From Candidatus Hodarchaeota archaeon (GTDB lineage: Archaea > Asgardarchaeota > Lokiarchaeia > Sigyniarchaeales > SOKP01), in the NCBI GenBank assembly GCA_048886685.1, contig JBHLKM010000013.1, positions 81,755 through 145,754 of the forward strand: 64,000 nucleotides of DNA. The letters are read 5' to 3'. The stretch's first letter is position 1, and the number at the start of each line of letters is the position of its first letter. Shown here piece after piece: positions 19,902-30,158 of the stretch. The notes below the pieces were generated by a model. The model was not told the origin of the DNA and did no database searches. It worked only from the letters and a program-made list of their open reading frames with translations. The position numbers and the translations under genes are program-made.

Positions 19902-20426
19902 ATGTCAAGTTTTAAACTAAAGGTATTACTCACTGGCGCTGCTGCCGTTGGAAAAACCTCACTTGTACAAAGATTTATTAAGAATCGTTTTCAAGCTAAT
20001 TATAAACTGACTGTAGGAGTTGATATTCTTACAAAAGATGTAGAATTTAGATCTGGTGAAGTAGCAACGCTTTCTATATGGGATATTGGAGGTCAGCAGC
20101 GATTTGAGTTTATACGTAGTACTTTTTACAAAGGAGCTGCGGGTGCACTTTTAGTATTTGATTTAACGAGAGAGCAAACATACACAGAAACTAGAAAATG
20201 GTTGACGGAGATACGTCAATTTGCGGGAGAGAATATTCCTTTTGTATTTATCGGAAATAAAGCAGATTTAATCGAGGATGTTGGATTAGTTATAGATAAA
20301 GATGATGCTCGTTCGTTTGCAGAAAACGAAGGGAGTATTTACATTGAAACATCTGCTAAAACGGGTGTAAATGTTGATGAAGTATTTACTGAATTAACCC
20401 GTCGAATTATAGATTCCAGAACTTAG
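19902..20426 (+). CDS. Rab-like small GTPase
   Basis: GAAAVGKTS, TVGVD, WDIGGQ, NKAD, ETSAK. Confidence 0.95.
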   Translation: MSSFKLKVLLTGAAAVGKTSLVQRFIKNRFQANYKLTVGVDILTKDVEFRSGEVATLSIWDIGGQQRFEFIRSTFYKGAAGALLVFDLTREQTYTETRKWLTEIRQFAGENIPFVFIGNKADLIEDVGLVIDKDDARSFAENEGSIYIETSAKTGVNVDEVFTELTRRIIDSRT

Positions 20427-20514
20427 TAGATATTATTTGTTTTCTTTTTCTTAATCTGTAATAGTTTTAAGGATATTATATAGGTATTTAAAGTGTATTA
20501 AATTCTATTTAGGA

Positions 20515-21918
20515 TTAAAATTCTTCATATAAATCGTCATGAATTATTGTAATTGCTTCTGATAATTTTTCTCTATTTATGACAATTGATAAATTTAATT
20601 CATCATAGCTCTGAGAAATTGCTTTAACTTTAATGTGTTTTTTATCTAATGCATTGAATATTTCTGCTTTAGTTTTAGTTTCAAGGATTTTTGATCCTGT
20701 TATATTTATTACTGCCACATCATCACTTTTTATATCAAAAAATTCTGAAAAAGACTTTGAATTGTTTAATGCTTGGATTGCTTTTTCCGAATCTTCTGCA
20801 CTCACAATAAAAGAAGTGCTTATTTCAGAAGAACTTTGTGCTACTAAAGATACACTTATTTTATTTTTGCTCATAGTTTTGAAAATTTTTGCTAAAACTC
20901 CAGGAACATCAACTAAACTTCCGGAACTTACTGTTATTATTGTTGCCAACTCAACAGCAGAAATTCCCTTAATCTGTTCTTTATCTGTCCGATCTGAAAT
21001 TTCAGTAAAATCCTCATCTAAAGGTTTATCAAAATTCCTAATCTCAAGGGGTATTTTATATCTCTCTATTGCTTCTAAACATTTTGGATGAAGAATTTTA
21101 GCTCCAAAATTAGCAATGTGTTTCGCTTCATTGTAATCTAGATTCTTTATAAGTGAAGATCCAGAGACATATTTTGGATTTATCGCCAATAATCCATCAA
21201 CATCTTTCCATAATATAACTTTAATATCCTTATCATCCCCAATACTAAAAAGAGAATGAGCTACTATTGTAGCAGTATAATCTGAACCTCCTCTTCCTAA
21301 GGTCGTAATATATCCTATTTTATTTCTTCCAATAAACCCGGTTAAACATATTATGGTATCTTTTTTAGGATTCTCTAAAAGAGGGGTTAAAAGATTTTTA
21401 ATTCGAGAATTTGTTAATTCATACAATGGATAAGCATTATTAAATTCATCATTTGTAATTATAATTTTATTTGCTGGAATATATACAGAATCTAATCCAT
21501 TGCTTAGAAGATATTGATTCAAAATATAGGTTGAAAGTATCTCCCCAAAACTAAGAACAAAATCTCTATAATACGGCTCCAATCCAAATTCTTTTATATC
21601 AGCAAAAGCGTCGTCTAACTCACTTAATTTATCGTCAATCCAATCTTTGGCTTTCATATAATATTCAGAATCTTCTTCAAATATCTGTTCAATTATATCA
21701 ATATGCCGTTTTTCAATTAAAGAGATAGATTCATCAGTTATTTTAGTATCTTCTAATTTTTGAGCTGTTTTCAGAAGTAAATCTGTTATCCCGTTTAATG
21801 CTGAAATAACATAAATTTTCCTTACATCTTTATAGAGATTAGTAATGTTGAGAATCTTTTTAAAAGCCATTTTGTCGGTCAAACATGAACCTCCAAATTT
21901 CATAATAATTATCGGCAT
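20515..21918 (-). CDS. lysC: Aspartate kinase with two ACT domains
   Basis: MKFGGS, TTLGRGGSDYTA, KDVDG, FGAKILHP. Confidence 0.93.
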   Translation of the reverse strand: MPIIIMKFGGSCLTDKMAFKKILNITNLYKDVRKIYVISALNGITDLLLKTAQKLEDTKITDESISLIEKRHIDIIEQIFEEDSEYYMKAKDWIDDKLSELDDAFADIKEFGLEPYYRDFVLSFGEILSTYILNQYLLSNGLDSVYIPANKIIITNDEFNNAYPLYELTNSRIKNLLTPLLENPKKDTIICLTGFIGRNKIGYITTLGRGGSDYTATIVAHSLFSIGDDKDIKVILWKDVDGLLAINPKYVSGSSLIKNLDYNEAKHIANFGAKILHPKCLEAIERYKIPLEIRNFDKPLDEDFTEISDRTDKEQIKGISAVELATIITVSSGSLVDVPGVLAKIFKTMSKNKISVSLVAQSSSEISTSFIVSAEDSEKAIQALNNSKSFSEFFDIKSDDVAVINITGSKILETKTKAEIFNALDKKHIKVKAISQSYDELNLSIVINREKLSEAITIIHDDLYEEF

Positions 21919-22031
21919 ATATTTTTAACACCTCTGTTTAAACTGTAATTCTTGTACACTTATATTTTTTTCAAATCCTGCTATGAACTTTTAAAGAAAG
22001 AGTAAAAATTTAGAATTAATTTTTATATCAT

Positions 22032-22904
22032 GTGATTGATCTTCACCTTCATTCAACTGCTTCTGATGGTTTAAATACACCGTCCCAATTAATCAAAAAA
22101 GCATTAGAACTGAACTTAAAGGGTATTGCCTTAACAGATCATGATACAATTGATGGTTTGGGAGAATTTTTATCTTATGGGGAAAAAAAAGATTTAATTG
22201 TATTACCGGGAATTGAAATCTCAGTAAAACATGAACCACAAAGGGAATTAATAGATATACATATTCTTGGCTTAAATATTGATCACAATTCAACAAAATT
22301 AATAAATTCAATAGAGAATCAAATTAAAGGCAGATGGGAACAAAAAAAAGCGATTTGTAGTCGTCTTAGAAATGAATTTAATTATGATATTACTTTCAAA
22401 GAAGTTAAAGCTTTAGCAGGAGGAAAGGTTGTTGGACGCCCTCATATTGTTGAGATTTTGATAAAAAATAATCCAGATAAGATTAAAGGACAATCTAAAA
22501 AGGATCTTTTTAAGATGATTAGTATGGGTGGTGCCGCATTTGTAGAAAGAGAAATAGAACTTAATTTTGAAGAATCTATTGATTTAATTAAATCTGTCGG
22601 AGGTATTCCTATTCTTGCCCATCCAGGAGTCTATCAAGTATCAAATCGAGAAAAGTTTATCCAATTATGTGTTGATGTAGGAATCGAAGGGATTGAAATT
22701 GAATACACTTATGGGAATAATAGACCATTTTATGAAACAGATAAAGCTAAATGGGCACAAGAATTTTTTCCAAATTATTACAGAGATATTGCTGAAAAAT
22801 ATAGTTTAATAAAATCAGGTGGTTCCGATTATCATGGAGGGAAAAAGGGAATAAAGATTGGGGGTGCGAGGGTACCAGATAAATATTTAAATAGTTTTAT
22901 TTAA
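22032..22904 (+). CDS. PHP-domain metallophosphoesterase (TrpH/YciV-like)
   Basis: DLHLHSTASDG, TDHDT, GRPH, LAHP, GGSDYHG. Confidence 0.92.
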   Translation: MIDLHLHSTASDGLNTPSQLIKKALELNLKGIALTDHDTIDGLGEFLSYGEKKDLIVLPGIEISVKHEPQRELIDIHILGLNIDHNSTKLINSIENQIKGRWEQKKAICSRLRNEFNYDITFKEVKALAGGKVVGRPHIVEILIKNNPDKIKGQSKKDLFKMISMGGAAFVEREIELNFEESIDLIKSVGGIPILAHPGVYQVSNREKFIQLCVDVGIEGIEIEYTYGNNRPFYETDKAKWAQEFFPNYYRDIAEKYSLIKSGGSDYHGGKKGIKIGGARVPDKYLNSFI

Positions 22905-22991
22905 TTTTTGAATCCATAAATATTCTTTATAAGGAGTCTTACTGGTTTATTATGCTAAAATTTTATTAGCTAGGATTAATTACTATTAAAG

Positions 22992-24935
22992 TTAATCTTT
23001 TAAGAGTTTTTCCAGCTCTTTAATTTGATTATCAATTTTTTCTTCATAATCCTTTATTTTTTTTTTTTTCTCGTCAAGTTCATGTTCAGAAAGTTCGCCC
23101 ATAAGTGCTTTCATATCAAAATCTATGCTCATTTTGTTTAAATCTGCTTTTTTTAGTTTTAGTTCAATCAATGTTTTTTTGGCATGCTCTATTTGAAGCT
23201 CATCAATCTTAGGTTTTTGTTGTTCAGACGTAATAATATCTTTCGAATTTGTCTCCGAAATAGTTTCTTTAGGCATTTCATTTGATTTTAATGTTTCCTG
23301 GGTTATAGGGGATTGAATAGATATTGATGGGATGTCTACTTTTATTAATTCTGAAGGATGGGAAGGTTTTTCTACTTTTGATGCTTCTTCAGTAATTTCT
23401 ATTGATAAAGGATCTTTTATTTTTGTTTGACTAACACTTACTTCATTTTTGGAGGGGGATATATTTTTAACATGACCAAATGCAGAAGTTTTTAATTTTG
23501 ATTTAGCATCTTTTGGAACAGATCCTAGAGTTTTTGGTCTGATTTTTACCATAAAATCATCAGGATTTAATTTCAAACCAACATCCTTAGTTTCGATTTG
23601 AGATTCCGTAATTTTATTTTGTTCCTGCATAATCTGGGGAGACTTAATCAAATCTATTGAAGAACCTTGCTCTGTTTGTGGTAACTCTGTTGTATTATGG
23701 TCTATCGCTTGTTCTATTATTTCTTTTTGAGCTGGAAGTTTAGGCGCAGGTGATTTAGGCATTTCTAATGTTTCAATTGTAATAGTTGGTTTTGAAACAA
23801 TAGCTTTTTTTGGTGATTCTGGTTTCTCTGAAGCTTTAGATTGTTCTGTTCTGTCTGTTTCTATTGGAATGGCTGGTGTTGGTTGAGGAGCTCCAACTTG
23901 TTCTAACATAACCTTAATTTTTTGTGATTTCTCAAAAAATTCCTTCCCTAATGAATCATCTCCCAATTCTACGCATAGAAAGCTAATTTTATCAAACAGA
24001 AATGCAGCTTTTTCAAAATCTGCGGACTTCAATGCTGCTGTCGCTTCTTCTATTAACTTGTCTCGCTCTAGAAGCGGCTTTAACAAAGGAGAGATTTCTG
24101 CGCTCATTTCCAATATATCTGCAATAATTTGTATCATTTTATCCCGATTTTGAGGATCTTTTGCGATCATGGAGTATGCTTTTAACCCTAAAATCCTTTC
24201 AATTTGAGTAGGATGAATAGCACCTTTCAAATCTTGTTTGTTTCCAATTACTGCTGTATGTGCATGTGGAGATTGTTGTTTTATTAATTCTAAGAAAAAC
24301 TTGCTTTTCTCAACATTTTCTAAGGTCGAATCCGTAATTAAAAGCGCAGCATCGCTACCTTTAATAAAATTATTCCAAAGATAACTAAATTGTTCTTGAC
24401 CAGCAAAATCCCATAAATGAAAATGCAACTTTCCTATTCTTACAGTAGCAATATCACCTGTAATTGTAGGTATATGTTGCATTGGTATCTCTTCTGCCCT
24501 TATCAATTTAGTTATAGTTGTTTTTCCTACTCCAGAAAAGCCAATTAAAGATATCTTTGGTCGAAGATTCTTGTGGATTGTATCTACTATGGGATCAAAC
24601 ACTTCGAATGTTTTTGCATCAAAACGAAGTTGTAATATTTCTTCAAATAAATTAACAAATTCATTCCTACACTTCACTAACTCTTTTTTAATATTATCAA
24701 ATTTGTCGGTTAAACCAGTAACAAATAAAACTATTATTCCAATACTTTTTTGGGTTATGTATGATACTCTAAATTTATAATAATCATGGAATTCCAATCT
24801 ATCTTCCTCTCGAGTAGATTCATCTTCCATAATTTCAGATATAAGATAATCAAGAGCTTCATGTTTTAATGCCTTTCCAAAATGCCTATAATACAGAAGT
24901 TCCTCTCCCTTATAAATGAATACTTGTCTTAACAT
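22992..24935 (-). CDS. Longin-like domain + small GTPase + helical domain + disordered linker + C-terminal helical hairpin
   Basis: GFSGVGKTT, PTIT, WDFAGQ, NKQD; ~120-aa N-terminal alpha/beta domain with longin-like pattern. Confidence 0.85.
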   Translation of the reverse strand: MLRQVFIYKGEELLYYRHFGKALKHEALDYLISEIMEDESTREEDRLEFHDYYKFRVSYITQKSIGIIVLFVTGLTDKFDNIKKELVKCRNEFVNLFEEILQLRFDAKTFEVFDPIVDTIHKNLRPKISLIGFSGVGKTTITKLIRAEEIPMQHIPTITGDIATVRIGKLHFHLWDFAGQEQFSYLWNNFIKGSDAALLITDSTLENVEKSKFFLELIKQQSPHAHTAVIGNKQDLKGAIHPTQIERILGLKAYSMIAKDPQNRDKMIQIIADILEMSAEISPLLKPLLERDKLIEEATAALKSADFEKAAFLFDKISFLCVELGDDSLGKEFFEKSQKIKVMLEQVGAPQPTPAIPIETDRTEQSKASEKPESPKKAIVSKPTITIETLEMPKSPAPKLPAQKEIIEQAIDHNTTELPQTEQGSSIDLIKSPQIMQEQNKITESQIETKDVGLKLNPDDFMVKIRPKTLGSVPKDAKSKLKTSAFGHVKNISPSKNEVSVSQTKIKDPLSIEITEEASKVEKPSHPSELIKVDIPSISIQSPITQETLKSNEMPKETISETNSKDIITSEQQKPKIDELQIEHAKKTLIELKLKKADLNKMSIDFDMKALMGELSEHELDEKKKKIKDYEEKIDNQIKELEKLLKD

Positions 24936-24960
24936 GATGGTTCACCAATGAAATATAAAA

Positions 24961-25452
24961 TTAGCTAGAGACGTGTTTTACTAGATCTTTTATAATTGAA
25001 TATTTTTCTTTTTTTATTTCTTCTTGTTTTAGGGTATCTTCTATTTTTGATAACTCTTTTGAGAAATTAAAGATTGAAAATTCTTTTATCTCCTCATCTT
25101 TCGAACTTTCGCTTAACTTTTTTAAGAAAACACTAATGCTGGGCATAAATTTTGCTAAATTAACATTTAGATCAAGTTTTGAAATCAAAATCAATTTTTC
25201 TGAAAATGAAAATAAATAATTGTTTTCTTGAGCCTCGAGTGCGAATGAGTTTATCTTTTCTAATCTTAATTCTTTAGCAATCTCATTCGAACCTGAGATT
25301 AGTGATAGAATTTTTTGAGGAATTACTTTCCCCTTAGAAAATTCTTTTATTTTGGTGCCTAATATGACACCATACTTATTCGCTATAGCACACTCAGCAT
25401 TTAAATCAGATTTTAATTGTGTGATAATTTCCTCGTAATTAATTTGACTCAT
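24961..25452 (-). CDS. Roadblock/LC7-like domain protein
   Basis: Helix, then CAIANKYGVILG hairpin, helix, three strands, helix; 25 bp upstream of the longin-GTPase. Confidence 0.6.
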   Translation of the reverse strand: MSQINYEEIITQLKSDLNAECAIANKYGVILGTKIKEFSKGKVIPQKILSLISGSNEIAKELRLEKINSFALEAQENNYLFSFSEKLILISKLDLNVNLAKFMPSISVFLKKLSESSKDEEIKEFSIFNFSKELSKIEDTLKQEEIKKEKYSIIKDLVKHVSS

Positions 25453-25562
25453 AAAATAGAATTTTATTTTTTATTAAATAATGAAACCCAATTTATTTAT
25501 ATTTATTTGTTATTAAACTCATTATATCAATTAGATTTTGATGAATTAAAAATATACTCAAA

Positions 25563-26360
25563 TTGAAAGTATACAAAACACACTTTTCAGAAAAAGAATC
25601 TGACATAACTATTTTTTCAGAATCAAAAACTGCAATATTAAAAGCAAAACAAATTTTTTACATACATCGGAGAAGTTTAGAGAAATATGTGTCTAAAAAT
25701 AATCTGTTTTTAACATCACTATCTCCTATTAAAGTGAATACGGAAATAAAAATTATTAATCTAATGGCTGATGCTGCTTATATTTGTGATGTGGGTCCTA
25801 TGGCTGCAGTTGCGGGTGCTCTAGCAGATCTTATGTTAGAGGCTATGAAAAATGAAAATGAGGCAGAAGAGTCCGATTTTATTGAAGCTCAAATTGCTTT
25901 AGTTGAAAATGGTGGTGAAATAGCGGTAGATACTATAGAACCTATGAATATTGCGTTATTTGCTGGAAATAATGAATTAAATTTGAATATTGGATTCATA
26001 ATTGAAAAAAAAGATTGTCCCCTTGGTATTGGAACAAGTTCTGCAACAATTGGGCATGCTATTAGTTTTGGACAAGCTGATACAGTTACTATTTTTGCTA
26101 CAAATGCAACTTTAGCTGATGCAGCGGCAACTAGAGTGGCAAATTCAGTAAAAGGAAAAGATGTTGAGAAATCAATAAAACTAGGATTAGATATTGCTGA
26201 TGATATTGAGGGTGTCATAGGTACTTTCATTAGCAGGGATGATAAGATAGGGCAAGCAGGCAAATTACCAAAATTGATGAAAATTGAAGGAGATAAAAGA
26301 CAAATTTTACGAGGAAAAGTAGATGATAAATTTCTTGGAGATTATGAGATTTTTAAATGA
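25563..26360 (+). CDS. UPF0280 (ApbE-like) protein
   Basis: VGPMAAVAGA, VENGGEIA, TSSATIGHAISFGQAD, ADAAAT. Confidence 0.9.
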   Translation: MKVYKTHFSEKESDITIFSESKTAILKAKQIFYIHRRSLEKYVSKNNLFLTSLSPIKVNTEIKIINLMADAAYICDVGPMAAVAGALADLMLEAMKNENEAEESDFIEAQIALVENGGEIAVDTIEPMNIALFAGNNELNLNIGFIIEKKDCPLGIGTSSATIGHAISFGQADTVTIFATNATLADAAATRVANSVKGKDVEKSIKLGLDIADDIEGVIGTFISRDDKIGQAGKLPKLMKIEGDKRQILRGKVDDKFLGDYEIFK

Positions 26361-28638
26361 CCCAAAATATTGGTGTTTCCCCACCCTCCTCTATTTTTGA
26401 GGAACATATTTTATCTAAATAATCAAGACTGTAATATGTTTCTAATTCATCTTGTGATAACTTTCCAAATAGTTCAAATCCTTTATTTATTATATACGTA
26501 TCAGAAAACATAATATATACATCTGTATTATAATCTTCCTTAACTTGTTTTAAGATATTCGTTCCATTTTCATCAAAATGATTTTCAGGGGGAAATAAAT
26601 CAATTTCGTACTTTAGATTGTAAACATTCCCTTCATATGGAGGGGTAACATTTATATTATTATGGGTATAACTATAGTATTTAAATACATTAGTCCAACC
26701 GAATTCAGTAATTAAAACATTTTTATCAGAAGTATTGTTCGAATACCATTGAATAGGGCTTATATCTCTTCTCCTTAAAGTAAAAACCTCAAAACTAACA
26801 GATTCATAGAAGTAAGTAGTTAATAATGAAAAAACAATGATAAAGAAAATTATAAATTTCATACGAATTGTCTCGATCTTTTTTAATTTAATAATTTTAT
26901 ATATATAAGAAATAAATCCAATCACGATAATAGGAGGGATTAGATATAATATTCTCTGCCAAATCATATTACTTAATATCAGTATATTGAAAACAAATCC
27001 TATACCTAATAAAATGAAAAGACCTATACCCCAGATAAATAATGGTTTTCCTCTTGGCTTTTTTTGATATACTATTAAACCCCATATAGCAAAAGCACTA
27101 AGTAATATGATTTCAGATATGTAAAATATATTAGTAATTTCTATTTCTATCCAAATTAGATTTACAATTAGTAAGCTAATAGTAATTACGATTAAAATAC
27201 TGAAAATAAGAGGAATTATAACTTTATCTTCAATTTTTTTAAAATACTTGTTTTTTTTCCCTAATATTGCTGACTTAAATCTACTTTTATTGAACTTAAT
27301 TGATTTCTGTAATTTCCATAGTAAAATTCCCCCCGCCAAAATCCCCCCTCCCCCAATTAAAAGTAAGAAATACCAAGAGAAGTTAAGTGGGATGAAGAAC
27401 CAATAATGACCACTCCCTATGCCAAAAATATTTAAAATCAAAAAAATCCCCATTAGACTACATAGGAAAATAAAATCTATTCCTCTTCTATAATCCTTCA
27501 AGAAATAAATTAGATATAGCCATAAAAATGAAAACAAAAAGATTATAGACGTAATTACATGTGTGAGTACTGAACTTACAAATACCATAAGAGTTAAAAT
27601 GTAAATCAAAAAAACGTTTGAAATAATTTCCCTTTTAGTTGGACGTTCTAATTGAATGAATTTCTGTAATCTAATATAAAGAAGGAGAAATATTGCTAAA
27701 CATTTAATTAATGCTGATCCTGAAGGCCAATACTGAAGCATCATGTTAGAAAATCCCAGAGAAGAAAATTCAATAATAAAAACGCTAAAGAGAGATAGAT
27801 TCTTCCTTTTAAATATCCTCAATGAGATGCTATAGAAGAGAATAGCAGAAAGAAAGAATGTATAAATTAAAAAATATTTTGGAATCAATATGTGACTTAC
27901 TCCTGAAAAAAAATTGATAACTGCTCCAAAAATACTAATTCCCATCGTTCCATGGTATCCTTTAAGCGGAAGAATATTCTCTTCAGTTATTATTCTACTA
28001 TTAAGAATGTGAAGCCATGGGTCAGTTCCAAGGAAGATACTAAATTTAGTTATATTGAGAATACAAATTAGGGATAAAAAAACAACAAGTAATAATGAAT
28101 TTAAAGTAATTTTATTTTTAAGGTATTTAAAGAGGGAAAACTTATCTAGTTTCTCACTATTGTCTATTAAATGATATATTGGTTTAAAAAATACGTAGGT
28201 CTCCTTTTTAAACTCAAAAAAGACTATATAGCATATAATAATTAGAAATGGAATCATTGTTCCAAAGAAGAATAAAAAACCTGATATTGAAATACCAACC
28301 CAATATCCGAAATATCCTAAAAATATAAAGAAAGCGGAATTTACAACAATAGTCAAACCTAATTTTTCTAAAACAGTGAACACCTGCCTTTTTAGAATTA
28401 TGAAAAAAATGGGATAGAAGGGTAAAAATAATATAACAAAGATAGAACTAAAAATTACTATAAGCTGATATATAACTTCAAGGCCAATTATATCTGATAT
28501 ACCTATAATGGTGTTAAAATCTATTAATTTAAAAAAAACAAACAACATAGATACAATCGAAACTAAGAAGATGAAGCAATTAATTCTAGAATGGATGAAG
28601 AAAAGAATTCTATTAAACCTTAGTCTCATATGGCTCAT
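26353..28638 (-). CDS. Polytopic membrane protein, possibly GT-C fold glycosyltransferase-like
   Basis: Many TM segments, GTDPWLH loop motif, soluble C-terminal domain; borders the glycan cluster. Confidence 0.6.
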   Translation of the reverse strand: MSHMRLRFNRILFFIHSRINCFIFLVSIVSMLFVFFKLIDFNTIIGISDIIGLEVIYQLIVIFSSIFVILFLPFYPIFFIILKRQVFTVLEKLGLTIVVNSAFFIFLGYFGYWVGISISGFLFFFGTMIPFLIIICYIVFFEFKKETYVFFKPIYHLIDNSEKLDKFSLFKYLKNKITLNSLLLVVFLSLICILNITKFSIFLGTDPWLHILNSRIITEENILPLKGYHGTMGISIFGAVINFFSGVSHILIPKYFLIYTFFLSAILFYSISLRIFKRKNLSLFSVFIIEFSSLGFSNMMLQYWPSGSALIKCLAIFLLLYIRLQKFIQLERPTKREIISNVFLIYILTLMVFVSSVLTHVITSIIFLFSFLWLYLIYFLKDYRRGIDFIFLCSLMGIFLILNIFGIGSGHYWFFIPLNFSWYFLLLIGGGGILAGGILLWKLQKSIKFNKSRFKSAILGKKNKYFKKIEDKVIIPLIFSILIVITISLLIVNLIWIEIEITNIFYISEIILLSAFAIWGLIVYQKKPRGKPLFIWGIGLFILLGIGFVFNILILSNMIWQRILYLIPPIIVIGFISYIYKIIKLKKIETIRMKFIIFFIIVFSLLTTYFYESVSFEVFTLRRRDISPIQWYSNNTSDKNVLITEFGWTNVFKYYSYTHNNINVTPPYEGNVYNLKYEIDLFPPENHFDENGTNILKQVKEDYNTDVYIMFSDTYIINKGFELFGKLSQDELETYYSLDYLDKICSSKIEEGGETPIFWVI

Positions 28639-28814
28639 TTCTCAAATATACATTAAGGTAAATTTAAATTAAATTTTATCATAAAAAATCTCATATCCTA
28701 TAAAAATATTCATAAAATTGAAATTCTGAGAAAAGCTATTATTTTTTTTCTTTTTAAATGCTTCTATGCTTCAAAATATAAAAATAGAGCAAAAAAATTT
28801 GGGTAAAGTTATTT

Positions 28815-30128
28815 TTATAAATACTCTTTTCTTTCTGGAAGACTTTTCCAATCCAATAATAGAACTAAGCCACCTATTAATGCTACGGTTATCCAAAGTA
28901 AAAAAGCAGCCCAAGAACCCGCAGCACCAATAAGAGCTCCTGAAGTAAATGTTGTAATTGCAGCTCCAATATATCCCCAACCATCGATAAATCCCGTAGC
29001 AGCAGATGCTGCTTTTCGCGTCCCAAATTCCATAGGTATTGTAGAAACTAGAAGTGCATGCGGCGCAAAATTCAAAATTCCAATTAAGATCAATACAGGA
29101 ATCCCAAAAACAATATCAAGTGGGGGAAGTAATGTATAAATCAACAATATTATAGATAATAATATAAAAAAAGCACATATTACAGGTATTCTTCTTTTTC
29201 CAGCAAATTTATCAGAAATCCACGCACCTACAAGAACACCAATTGTACCTCCAATGGGGTAGAATATAGATTTCCATACAACAAATTTATCAGCACCAGT
29301 TACTTCAGGACTGAGTAAATATGGAAGCCAATCTGTCAATCCATATCTAACCATATTCAAACAAAATAAACCAAAACAAGCAAAAAGAACGGTTTTTGTA
29401 AAGAACACTGTTTTAGCCGTGTACTTAAAACCTACAAATTCATCATCACGGCAATCACCCAATTCCATTTTCCCCTCAAATTCTTCTTCAATAGTTGGTA
29501 AGCCACATTCTTCTGGAGCATTTCGACAACGGATGAAAAAATGAATTGCCATGAATAACATAATTACTCCGGGAGTAATAAAAGAGAATCGCCAATCTAA
29601 ATTAAGTCTTTCAGTTATAAATATAGCAATTATCCACGATACTACACCCCCAAGTAAATATGACGTAGCAAGTCTACTTGACCACTTCCCTCTCTCTTCT
29701 GCTGGGTGCCAATTTGCAATCGTTTTTACAGAAGGAGCCCATCCCATTGATTGGAAATATCCATTCAAACCCCACAGTAAAAATGCAACCCAAATAAAAT
29801 CAAAAGCAACTCCCATAAATATATTGATGACGGAAGAAACTATCAATCCTATTGTAATAAAACGTCTTGCCCCTACTTTATCACCTAAAAATCCATTAAC
29901 AAATTGACCAAATGCGTAAGCAAGAAAAAAAGTTGAACCGATAAGGCCCATAACTGCTTCTTCAATTCCGAATTCAGTTATGATAAATGGTTTCGCTATT
30001 GAAATATTTGTACGTCCAATATAGTAGATCATATAGGTAATCCAAACCGTAAAAAATATACGCGTTCTCCATGATTTAAATGTTTTCTTTACCTCAATCT
30101 CACTACTAGAATTTAAGTTTTTACTCAT
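28815..30128 (-). CDS. MFS organophosphate:Pi antiporter (GlpT/UhpT/OPA family)
   Basis: YYIGRTN, NGYFQSMGW, W...ERG, P...GLP, ATGFIDGWGYIG. Confidence 0.88.
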   Translation of the reverse strand: MSKNLNSSSEIEVKKTFKSWRTRIFFTVWITYMIYYIGRTNISIAKPFIITEFGIEEAVMGLIGSTFFLAYAFGQFVNGFLGDKVGARRFITIGLIVSSVINIFMGVAFDFIWVAFLLWGLNGYFQSMGWAPSVKTIANWHPAEERGKWSSRLATSYLLGGVVSWIIAIFITERLNLDWRFSFITPGVIMLFMAIHFFIRCRNAPEECGLPTIEEEFEGKMELGDCRDDEFVGFKYTAKTVFFTKTVLFACFGLFCLNMVRYGLTDWLPYLLSPEVTGADKFVVWKSIFYPIGGTIGVLVGAWISDKFAGKRRIPVICAFFILLSIILLIYTLLPPLDIVFGIPVLILIGILNFAPHALLVSTIPMEFGTRKAASAATGFIDGWGYIGAAITTFTSGALIGAAGSWAAFLLWITVALIGGLVLLLDWKSLPERKEYL

Positions 30129-30158
30129 ATTTTATTTCACTTAGCTAATTATTTTTTA

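Noticed and set aside
27329-27354. G-quadruplex or phase-variable G tracts
   Set aside because: Runs of 5-6 explained by Gly codons in a TM helix (GGGGILAGG)
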